A stretch of 44,728 nucleotides of DNA, filler included, from Jimgerdemannia flammicorona (lineage: Eukaryota), in NCBI GenBank assembly GCA_003990765.1. It is 2 parts of 2 records of this genome, joined end to end, with 100 filler letters (N's around TTAATTAATTAA, not from the genome) between each part and the next. Parts side by side here need not be neighbours in the genome. Positions count along the whole stretch, not along the records: positions 1 to 22,315 come from RBNJ01001304.1; 1 more part is not named here. One strand, 5' to 3'. A program made the position numbers and the translations under genes. Below the pieces are notes generated by a model. The model searched no databases. It was given only the letters and a program-made list of their open reading frames with translations, and had not been told where the DNA came from. Positions 11,180-22,415 of this stretch are shown here, in pieces; position 1 is the first letter of the stretch, and each line of letters starts with the position of its first letter.

Positions 11180-14100
11180 GTATCCATAGTGATGGCAGTT
11201 GAGACAAAGAGGAGAGTAGAGGAGATTATAAAGAAATTTAGCAATATAGTAGATATTGGATTTTGGGTCTGAGAGAGAATCTCATTTCAGACTGAAAATA
11301 TAAATATTCAGCTCTAGCTTACTAGAAGAGAGACTACTGAGAAGACTCAGAACTAGCCTTTAGTGCTGATGTAGAATACTTTTATCTATAAGATAATGAG
11401 GGTAAAAGATAGTGAGAAAGAGGAGAAAGATCTGCTAGAGATACTAAAGGAACTCAGTAGAGTAATAGAGTATCAGATAATAGTATGAAAGACTTATATA
11501 GTTTCAATATATCTGGAGATAATCAATAGAAAGTATATTCATATAGATAAGATATTATGGGAGAAGGTCTAAGGGAGAAAATAGCTGTAGGATCTATTGG
11601 CAGATTTGAAGAAGAAGATGATAGCTGGAACTAGAGAGGGCTCAGATAGAGTATAGGTGAGTGATTGGACTAGAGCTAGAGCAGAGAGGAAGAAGGAGGG
11701 TATAGAGAAGAATAAGAGACAAGATATCAGAGATTCTATAATGATGGTATACTTGAGGTCTGGAAGAAGAAGAAGGACTGTATAGTGAGGACTGATGCTT
11801 TGGTAGAGAAGACTGAAGAGAATGTAGAGATAAGAAATATTCATAGAGTTTATTTTGGGGTACTCAATATAGCAAAGAGAGAGTAGATAGTTGGGATCAA
11901 GGAGGATGAGCTATAGGATATTCAGAAGGAGGCATGAGATAAGTCTGTAAGTACTGGCACTGATATTATAATATCAAGAGAGAGGAGACTTGTAACTTCT
12001 AGGGGAAAGAATATCAGTGATCTGCACTGAATGAGTACAATGTTGAATGATTTGACTATAGAGAAGCTAGAGAAAGTAAACTTGAGAATTATCAGTAAGG
12101 AGTACTGAGCAAGAGTATTGCAGGATGATAGAGTGATAAAGAAGTTGAAGGCTGAGGTATTGGCTATATTTCTGGAGAAAAAAGGTTATGAGGTTGACAT
12201 AATAAGGAAAACTGAATTAGTAGTAACTACTGGGGAATATACTGTCTTCTAGTAGAAGTAGAGATATAGATTGCAACTTTGGTAGAAGATATGTGTAGAG
12301 TATAAAGAAGAGATAGAGGCTAAGGATGATAAGATAATAGCTGAGATGCTGGCTGAATTGAAGGCTAGGAAGGCTGAAAAGAAGGAGACTATTATAGAAT
12401 GTAATCTAAACTTGGCTTGTAAGAAGATGAGTATAGAACTGTAAGAAGATTAGAAATACTATATAAAATTATTTATTATGAACAATATAACTAACATTTT
12501 ATCACTAAATGTGAATAATCTGAGTAACTCTGTGAGGCATCAAAACATTTTTGCTTACCTGAGAAAATTGAAGATAGATCTTTTTCTATTATAGAATATA
12601 TACTATAAGAGAGACTTGAACAGACAGAAGTGGGCAAAGGAATGGGGCAGTGCAGCAGTTTAGAAGAATAAGATGAAAATTCTGATATAAAAAGATAGAA
12701 GAGATCTTTGTGAGATTAGAGGTTGAGAAGACTACTTAGTTTAAGAAGAGTGGCAGAGATCTGAGTGATAGCTGATAGTTATTAGCTCTTACTATTGCCC
12801 AGCAGTTAGGGGTGACTAAGTAGAGTAGATAGATAGACTCTATGAGTATAATATACTTGCTGAGACTGATATAGATATACTTAGTAGTGATTTTAACATA
12901 GTATAGAATGTACTATTGGATAGAACTAATAGTGAGAGAAGTACTGAGAATTATAGTAGTGGTCTGGATATCTAAGAGAAAGTAGAATATCTAAGTTCTT
13001 TAGTGGATACTGGTAGGGTGATATAGAGAGATAGGAGGGTTTATACTCATTGAGTGAATGGACTTGAGATGAGAATTAACTGGATGCTAACTACTGACTA
13101 CCTAAGGATAGATATCTGAGTAGATCTGGAGGTTAAGTAATACCCATAGTCAGATTATTGAGGACTATTGAGGTGAGAGAAGTGGAGATATGTAGGTCTG
13201 GATATAGTATCTTAATTCCTTCTTGCTGGCAGAGATAGAGTTGTGGGAGACTTGGGTAGAGGACATTAAATTGAAGATTGTTTGCTAGAATCATAAGAGA
13301 TCTCTTATAGAGTCTGCTGGATGAAGTTGAAGGAGACTGCTAGAGTATTTTGAGATGAGGCTAGTAGGTTCAAAGAGGTACAGTAAAGACAGAAAGTGAG
13401 GAGGGCTTCCTATTAGTTAGAGAGATTGTAGCTAAAATAGGCTGGTATATTAGGCCAGAAGATTATAGAGAATTGATAACTAGAATGAGCTCAGATAGAG
13501 GTAAAGGAGTTGAAGAGAGTATTGAGAGAGGAGGAGGAGAGATATAGCAGCTCAGCTATAGTAACAGAGACTTGAGGAAGACAAGAGGCCTACTAAGTAT
13601 CTGACTAGACTTCTTTAGATAAGAAGGGTGAGATAGTAGTAGGAGAGGGAGGGTACCCTAGTAAATGAGATATAATAGATCTTAAGTTCTTTGAAGGATT
13701 GATAGGGAGGTCTGTGGAGTGAGAAGGAAGAGAGTATAGATGAAGAGGCTATTGGGTACTCTCTGGAGGATTAGAACTCTCCACAGATTGATGATCTCAA
13801 GGACCTAATTCTGCTGGTCCAGAAGAATATAATTTTGAGTATCTTATTGGCTATAAAATTAGGCATAACTCCTGACAAGAATGGTCTAATCTGGGACTTT
13901 TGGAAGAAGATGATGAGAGTTTCAGAAGTATTGAGAGAGATGATAGTATTTTGTGACTTTATTCTTATAACTAGAGAGTAGGTTGGAGGACAGAACCTTG
14001 GTCTGATAGTACTACTATATAAAGACAAGAGCAGGAGAGAGATTTGAAAGAATTAGAGACTAATTATACTTTGGAATATAGACAGAAAGTTGGTCACTAA

Positions 14101-16070
14101 AGTGATTGTTGTAAGATTGCAGAAGGTGACTCAATAGATATTAAGAGATAAGTAATAGAGCTTTATTGAGGGCAGTCTGATTAGAGATAAGATGGCATAG
14201 ATATACAATATAATTTAAGAGATGAAGGCTAGTGAGCTAAATAGAAAGTTGGTCTTTCTGAATCAGAAGAAGGCCTATAATTGAGTTTAGTGAGTTTAGC
14301 TAGAAAAAGTATTAGAGAGGATTGGTGTCTCTCATTAGTTTTGGGTATTGATAATTAGTCTATTAAAGGACAGTAGAGTAGTAATTCTGTATAATGGTCA
14401 TTATAGTGCTATATTCTTATTAGAGAGGAGAGTATTTCAAGAAGATCCACTGTTCTCTATCTTATATACTTTATTATTAGAGCTATTGATAGATAGAATT
14501 TACTATGAGATATTAGAACTTCTAGTACTCAGAGTAGTCTGGAAGATTGGAGCTTTTGCAGATAACATAGTGGTTAGACTCAACTTGGTTACTGATATAG
14601 GTATATTGAGAGAGTAGTAGAATAGTACAAAGAGTACTCTGGGGCAAAGCTCAACTGATATAAATGTGAGATGATAGTACTGGAAGATAGTTTGATAGAT
14701 AGAGATATTATTGGGACTATTGTCTCTATAGGAAAGACAGTACAGTATCTGGGCATATTTCTATTAATGTATAGATCTGTCTTATCCAGAGCTTGGTGGG
14801 AGAGGAAGGTGGTAAAATGGAGAAATGTTCTTTAGAGTTGAGGGGAGTACCATATCTCTTTTACTGAGCAGATATCAATTCTGAATATCTACTGATTATC
14901 AAAGCTCTAGTATCTAGTATACTACTTGAACTTTCCAGCATAAGTGGTAAAGAGATTGCTGAAGATAGCTAAGAAATGAATTTGGGCTAAAAGGAGGAGC
15001 CAGATAAGTTGAAAGGTCCTGGTGACTGAAGAGAGCTATCAAGATATAGAGAGGAGGATAGATGTCTTTAATGTAGTGAGTCTGGGGGATAAGGTTTTCT
15101 CCTAGAGAATTCTCTGGTAATTTACTAGCTATGGTTAAACTATAGAATAGTTGATATTTATAGTACTGAAGATTCTAGTGGAGAGTGGTAGAGGGGGCTT
15201 ACTACATTGGTTTTCAGTAGTATGATAATAAAGGAGAAGTCTAATAGAGTTCTATATTATAGAGATGGGACAGACTTCTATTGAGCAGTTTACTGCTGGT
15301 GGACTTTAACATTAAGATAGATATAGAGTATCATTGAGGGGTAGGTCAGGATTTGTGGCCATTGGGCTGATAGATAGCAGATATTAGTGAGGCTTAAGAC
15401 TGAGTTAGAGTATGGTCTTGAAGTACTAAGATACAGCAGTAGCTTTCTCTGAAGTTCTGAGTAGTATAGTGATATATTTTGAGAAGGAATGATATATTGA
15501 ACTTTAGGTTAGGACACCTAGTGGTGAGAGGCAGTTTTGAGTATAAGGATTGTTTTAATATAGAGCAGAAAAAGAGATTATACAGATGCCTGAATATTGA
15601 CTGAGTGAGTATAAAGTATTTAGTAACTTCTGGAATTAAGTTAGGAGCTATCTATAAGTGAAGATAGTAAAGAGAGTATATGGAATGACTTAAGAGAGTA
15701 GTTGGTAGAGTGTATTGGTAATGAGTAGCTTACTATTGAGGAAATATTAGTAATATGGATAGAGTTGGCTGGCCATTGGTTTTATGTATTTGAGGATAGG
15801 AGATAGATAGTCTTAGAGGAAAAGATAGTGAGATAAGAGGAGCTAATAGTAGATATACTGTCCAGCTAGTAGAGGGGGTGGGGTCCTCAGGATAGTCACT
15901 ATCAGTATCTGATAAAAGTGATTTATAAGAAGAGTAATAGGTGAATTATAGTAGTTAATAATATGATTTGGGGTGGGTTGAGTTGAGGCTACTGATATGG
16001 TATAAGGACTATGTATTTGTTGTTATAGATTAGTTAATAAAGAAGTCTTGTGCAAAAAAAAAAAAAAAAA
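11180..16070 (+). mobile_element. L1/Tx1-like LINE, 5'-truncated, heavily decayed, poly(A) tail
   Basis: Colinear with 17300-22300. ORF2 start MNNITNILSLNVN at ~12478, WKIGAFADNIVV at ~14540-14575, AATAAA followed by an A-tract ending at 16070. 5' boundary approximate. Confidence 0.9.
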
Positions 16071-16613
16071 CTTAAAAACTATTCAGCCTGAGAAAACTGA
16101 AGTTATTAAAAAGACTAGTGAGTCAAAAGTATTAACTAGAGTACAGGTTAAGTATAGTAGACTTGCTTATAGTAGTAGGCTTTTTTTTAATAAAAGTGTG
16201 ATATTTTTAGCTAACAGTTCCTAAGAACTGTTAGTATTTATAATAGTATAGGATAGATTTTTAATTTCTAGTCTTTTTTCTCATATATACTATATAGTAA
16301 TATAATAATACTTATTTCAACCCCTCTCATATTCTTAGATAACTTAGGTAATAAGATATTACTTAGGAACTTGATATATATATATATATATATTAAAAAG
16401 TCTTTTAATTGTTCTTTTACTTTATTATATTTATTAAAATTGAGAAAGTATAGTTTCTTTATAATAAAATAAAGATGTTATTCTTCTTTAGTAATAATAG
16501 TTACAAGGAATATATTATTGCCATGTCTTCATGCCTTTCTCCACTACAATTCACATTATACACACTTTTACAACATACTTTCAACTTGTTTATTAGAGAA
16601 AGATATTAAGGCA

Positions 16614-18650
16614 ATGTCAACCAGCAAGTAAGCTGATGTGCATACTAGGTCAGATGGACCTGGGGCCTTCAACTGACAGTATGTCAGGAGAGGGTATGGG
16701 CTGGGGATGGAGTCTTTCAGTGGCTCAAGAGGACAGGACAGCTTGGGCAGTAGAGACAGTGCTGGTGGGGGGGCTGGAGGGCAGCAGGGTAGGAGCTTTG
16801 CAGACATACTAAGGATGGGGGGTTGGCCAATGGGAGCCCGCAGTGGACAGGCAGGAGGAAAGGGGAAGCAGAAGAATGGAGATGCTGGGGGATGCTGGGC
16901 CTTTGATGGTGGGAGGTAGAGGAAGTGGAGTAGCTGCTGGGGGTAGTGGCAGGACTGCTGATAGTGGCATGATGGCAAATCAGAAAAAAAAAAAGAGATA
17001 TGATAGCTGATGGCCAGGGGGGGCAGGGGTTCCCAATGTAAAAGAGGGATCTGGTAGATAGTGTAATGGGACTGGCAGTGGCCCTGTTGCTCAAGAAGTC
17101 AATCTCAGAGTTCATGGCTACCTTGTGCTTCTGGGGCTTGGCAGTAACAGTGAGGATAGTCCTGGGGCTTATTTTGAAGCAAGTGGCTAGGGTGGCCTCA
17201 GTGAAGTTCTTGAAGGGTCTGGAGGGGGTTGAGGTGGGCTTTGAGGAGGCAGGCCCACTGGACAAGACTCTGAAGACTGGAGTAGTGGTTGGGAGATAGT
17301 GGTCCCCATGGTGAGGTGCTTAAGATGGGACCCCAGGGTGGTGCAGTTTCTAGTGAGGGGGGTGCCCATGGTGACTAAGGAGGAGACTAGGAGGAGGGTG
17401 GAGGAGGTGATGGTAGAGTATAGTAACATAGTAGACATTGGCTTTCAGATGTGAGAGGGGACAACATTCAGGACAGATAATATCAATGTCAGGATTCAGC
17501 TAGCAGAGAAGGAGGCCACAGAGAAGACAAGTGACTTGCCCTTGGTGCTGATGTGGGGGGCCTTTGTCTGTAAGGTATTGAGGGTAAAAGAGAGTGAAGA
17601 GGAGGAGGAGGACTTGTTGGAGGCACTGAAGGAGTTGAGTAGTACTGTGGAGAGGAGGGCAAAAGCCTGGAGGCTGTATGAGAAGTCAACACATCTGGAG
17701 GTTGTAGATGGAAAGTGTATCCATACTGACAGAAAGCAGTGGGAGTGGGTCCAGGAATGTAAGAGGTAGAGAGAGCTGTTGGCAAGTATAACAGAAGGGG
17801 TGAAGAAGAAGTTGGTTGGAGCTGAGGAGTCTGGAGGCATCAAAGCCAGTGTCTGGGCTAGCAAAGGAGGAGAGGAGGTAGAGGCAAAGGAGGCAGGGGC
17901 TGGGAAGATGCTGGATAAGGATCTATATGCTGATGGTACCTTTGAAGTTTGGGAGCAGGAGTTGGATGCCACCCCCCCCCCCCACTTATCAGGAGGGGCC
18001 TGGCTGGGAAGAGAGGGACGATGGAGGATATACTGATGCAGGGGGCCCAGCAAGTACACTTTGGGGTCCCTGATGTGGCAAAAGGGGGCCAGGTAGTGGT
18101 GGTTGGTGAGGATGAGCTGGTGGATGTCCCTGAGGAGGAGTGGAATAAGACTGCCAGTGTAGGAGCTGACACCACAATATTGGATACAGAGTGGCTGGGG
18201 ACTCCAGGAGGGAAGGAGGTGGGCAACTTGTTGTGGATGAGCAAGGTGATGGATAACCTCATGGCAGAGGCATTGAGAGAAGTGGACCTGTGGGTAATGC
18301 CTGAGGAGTATTGGACGCAGATTCTGTACAGTAATGGAGTAGTAGAGGCACTGAAGGTGGAGATTCTTGCAATATTTCTAGAGGAGAAGGGATATGAGGT
18401 TGATGAGGCAAGGAAGGCAGAGCTGGTGGTGGTCGCTGGTGAGCAAGCAGCCTACTATTGGGCAGAGCATCATGGTTTGCAGCTCTGGCAGGAGGCCTGT
18501 CTGAAGTATTGTGAGGACTTTGAGAAGTGAGAAGATGGGGCAATGGTAGAACTTCTGGGAGTGTCGGAGGCATGGGAAGCTGGAGAAAGAGAACTAGCTG
18601 CTGAACATGACTTGGACTTGGTGCAGGAGAAGCTGAATGTGGACTTGTAG
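16614..18650 (+). pseudogene. LINE ORF1 (RRM-like region plus acidic helical C-terminal domain)
   Basis: The ORF-track pieces 17066-17299, 17536-17769, 17779-18036 and 17949-18530 are homologous to ORF1 of the copies at 22695-24612 and 38422-40349. Confidence 0.8.
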
Positions 18651-18681
18651 AGGATGGAATCACGATATATCATTATTCCTT

Positions 18682-21600
18682 ATGAACAGTACAACCAACA
18701 TTTTCTCTTTGAATGTGAATGGGTTAAGGGGCTCTAGGTGGTATAAGAACATTTTTACTTGGCTCAAGAGATTGGAGGCTGATCTTTTTTTACTACAGGA
18801 TGTTTGGTGTAAGGATGAGGATAATCGGGTTGAGTGGACTAGAGAATGGGGTGGGGCTACTGCTTGGTTTGGAAAAGTGGTGATTCTGGTGAGGAAGGGT
18901 AGAGGAGACTTGGGGGAATCAGGAGCTGGGGTGATCGCTTGGTCTGGGGAGATTGGCATTGGCCAGGGTGGGAATCAGTGAAGGTGGACTCTTGCTACTG
19001 CTAGGCAGCTAGGGGTGAGAGAACTGTGTGGATTAGGGAGCTGCTGGAGGAGGGTATTCTCTTGGAGGAAGGGGTTGATGTTCTCAGTGGGGACTTTAAT
19101 ATGATTCAGGATCAGCATCTGGATAGAACTGATGGAGGGAGGAGTGCAGGGGGGAGAAGTGGAGGTCTGGATGCATGGGAGGAGATGGAGAAGTTGAGCT
19201 CCTTGGGGGATATGGGCAGAACATGGTGGGGTGATACCAGGGTCTACACACATTGGGTGAATGGCTTGGATACAAGGATTGACTGAATTCTGACAGCAGA
19301 GTACTGGGGTTCAGATGTTTGGAAGGCATTGGAGGTAGAGTGGTGCCCATAGTCTGATCACTGGGGACTGTTGGGGCAGGGGCAGTTTGGAGGAAGTGGA
19401 GATGGACCTGGACATTGGTGCCTTAACTCCTCCCTGCTGGCTGAGAAGGAGTTGTGGAAATCATGAGTGGAGGACATTCAGGTAAAGGTTTCTATCTAGA
19501 GGCATGAGGGTTTATCTGTGAATATCTATTGGATGAGATTGAAAGAGGCTGCAAGGGTCTATTGGGGAGGGGCTGGTAGAGAGGCTGGGAGATGGAGGAG
19601 GAAGTACATGGGGTGTGCTTCCAGCAGGTTGAGGAGACTATAAATAGATTGGGTGGATTTGCTCACTGCTGATGGAGTGGAGGACTGGAGGATAGAGAGG
19701 GCGAAATTGAAGATAGTGGAACTACAACAGGTGTTGAGAGAAGAGGAGGAGACTCATATGTGAGATATGGCTGCTAGGCTATGGTGGCAGGAGCTTGAGG
19801 AGGGTGAGTGGCCTACTAGGTACTTATCAAGACTCCTCAAAGCTAGGAGAGTGTGACATTGGTGGGATGGGGTCCTGGGTGCTGATGGGGATATGGTGCA
19901 TGGTATACAACAAATCTTGGGAGTTTTGAAGGAGAGATGGCAGGGTTTGTGGAGTAAGGGAGAAGGGGGTGCTGATGAGGCAGCGATTGCAGATACTCTA
20001 GAGGAGTGGGGGCCACCACAAGTAGCTGGACTGGGTGACTTGATCTTACCAGTGCAAGGAGAGGAGATCCAGAGTATCCTTGCAGCAACTAAACTTGGAA
20101 CAGCACCAGGGGAGGATGGATTGCCATGGGACTTCTGGAAGAAGATGGTAAAGGTCCCCAGAGTTTTGGGTGAGATGGCTGCTCTCTGTGACCATGTTCT
20201 TCAGAGTGGTGAGTGGGTTGGAGAGCAGGACCTTGGGCTGGTAGCCTTATTGTACAAAGACAAGGGGAGGAGGGAAGACTGGAAGAACTGGAGACTGATC
20301 ATGCTTCTGGATATAGACAGGAAGATGGTAACTAAGGTGATTGTCACAAGGCTGCAGAAAGTTGCCCAACAGGTACTGGGGGAGAAGCAGCAGGGCTTTG
20401 TTGGGGGCAGACTTATAAGAGATGGGACTGCATGGGTACATGGTGTCATTAAAGGGGCCCAGACCTGTGGACTGGATGGAAGGTTGGTCTTTTTAGACCA
20501 GGAGAAGGTCTATGACCATGTATGGCAGGTTTGGCTGGGCAAGGTGTTGGATCAAATTAGTATTCCTCCAAGATTTTGAATCTCTATATTGAATCTGTTA
20601 GAGAGCAGTCGGGTGGTGCTGATATGTAATAAATACCATAGTCTGGTATTTTTCTTGGGAAGAGAAGTTCCTCAGGGGGACCCTCTGTCCCCTATTCTCT
20701 ATGCCCTTTCACTGGAGCCATTGATGGATAGGATTTGCCAGAAGGTGGTAAGGCTCTCTATATATGGTATAGTGTAGAAGATGGAGGCCTTTGCTGATGA
20801 CATGGTGGTTGGACTTGGGTCTGTGGCAGATGTAGAGGTACTTAAGAAGACAGTGGAATGGTATGAGGCTCACTCTGGGGTGAAGCTCAACTGGTATAAG
20901 TATGAGACAATGGTGCTAGAGAATAGGCTAGTGGGTGGGGACATCATTGGAACAATTGTCTCTACTGGTGAGGTGGTGTGGTATCTGGGTATCTTCCTTT
21001 CTGTATATGGTTCTGTTTTGCCACAAGTGTGGTGGAAGAGCAGGGTGACCATTTGGGGGGAGGCCCTTCAAGGCTAGAGAGGCCACCATATCTCTCTGGC
21101 AGGGCGGGTGTCAATTCTGAATATATACTGGTTCCCCAAGCTATGGTACATGGCCTATCACCTTGACTTCCCAGCATGGGTGGTGAAGAGACTGACAAAG
21201 GTGGCTAGGGATTGGATTTGGGCAGGGAGGAGGTCCCAGGTCAGTTGGGATACTCTTGCAACACTGGTGGTCAGGGGAGATCTTGGCCTTGTAGATTTCC
21301 CTAAGAGGCTACACTGCTTGTGAGTCTGGTGATTGAAGAGAGCTGCTGAACTGCAGGGTGGGGGTTGGGTGCCTCTACTGCAGAAGGTGTGGGAGATGAG
21401 AACCTCCCCTTGAGGTTCCTCTAGAGAACTGCTCTCTTTGGTAGGGCTGAATGGAAATCAGCAGCTGTGGTTCAAGGGCTTTTGGTGAGGAGTGGTAGAT
21501 GGAGTATACTGAATTGGTCTACACTAGCAAGGTAATGAGAGGGAGGTGATGTGGGGGCCTGATATGTGGTAATGGGATAGACTGCTCCTGGGGGGTGCTC

Positions 21601-22198
21601 TACTTACTATGTTCGATATTGGGAATAGAGTAGAGTATCAGCAGGGTCTTGGCTAAGATCTTTGGCCAAGTGGCTGGCAGGCAGCAGGGATCGGCAAGGA
21701 GTGGGACTGGGCAGATATCTGGTTGTGGAGTGCTGAGGTGTGGAGGTGGCTTCCTCCCAAGTTCTGGGTGGTATGGTGGTGAATGCTGTGGAGGAATATC
21801 ATGTTGAATTTCTATACTGGGTATCTGGAAGATGGTGGCCATTTTGATTATGAGGAGTGTTACAATGTAGGGCAAGCTGGGGGTCTGGTGCAGATGCCAG
21901 AACACTGGCTGGGAGAGTGTGAGGTATTGGGGGACTTCTGGGTAGTAATAGAGAATAGATGGATGTGAGGCAAAGGCTAGCGGGTAAGGGGGGCCACTGG
22001 GAGAACTTGAAATCTCAGCTAGTGGGTGGGGTAGGTGATAGTTGGCTCACTGTAGAGTGGGTGTTAGCAGTGTGGGTGGGACTGGCAGGTCATTGGCTCT
22101 TTGTATTTGAGGAGGGGTGGCAGATGGGACTGCAGGAGAAGGTATTAAGGTGGGAGGAGCTGTTGGGGGATCTGCTGACTGGATGGTGGATTGGTTAG
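18682..22198 (+). pseudogene. LINE ORF2: APE endonuclease + reverse transcriptase
   Basis: IFSLNVNGLR, LFLLQDV, SGDFN, TRID*IL, SDH (endonuclease); APGEDGLP, NWRLIMLLDIDRK, FLDQEKVYDHV, VPQGDPLSPILYALSLEPL, AFADD, YLG (RT); EHWLGEC (zinc knuckle). Confidence 0.93.
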
Positions 22199-22315
22199 GG
22201 CCCTCAGGGGGGATAATGTCACAGTTTGGTAGCTAGAATCTGTGAGCAGAGTAGTGGGAGAGTGGGGATTGTGTTGGATAAAGTGGTCTTTCATCAGGAA
22301 GGGGTAGAGGGGGGG

Positions 22316-22415
22316 NNNNNNNNNNNNNNNNNNNNNNNNNNNNNNNNNNNNNNNNNNNNTTAATTAATTAANNNNNNNNNNNNNNNNNNNNNNNNNNNNN
22401 NNNNNNNNNNNNNNN
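22316..22415. other. Assembly gap / artificial contig linker
   Basis: 100 positions: N runs around TTAATTAATTAA (22360-22371), a six-frame stop linker. Confidence 0.95.

Larger units (their letters stand above)
16520..22315 (+). mobile_element. Near full-length L1/Tx1-like LINE (two ORFs); 3' end lost in the gap
   Basis: 5' UTR, ORF1, a short spacer and ORF2 with APE endonuclease, RT and a C-terminal zinc-knuckle remnant. Multiple stops and frameshifts. 5' boundary approximate. Confidence 0.93.
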
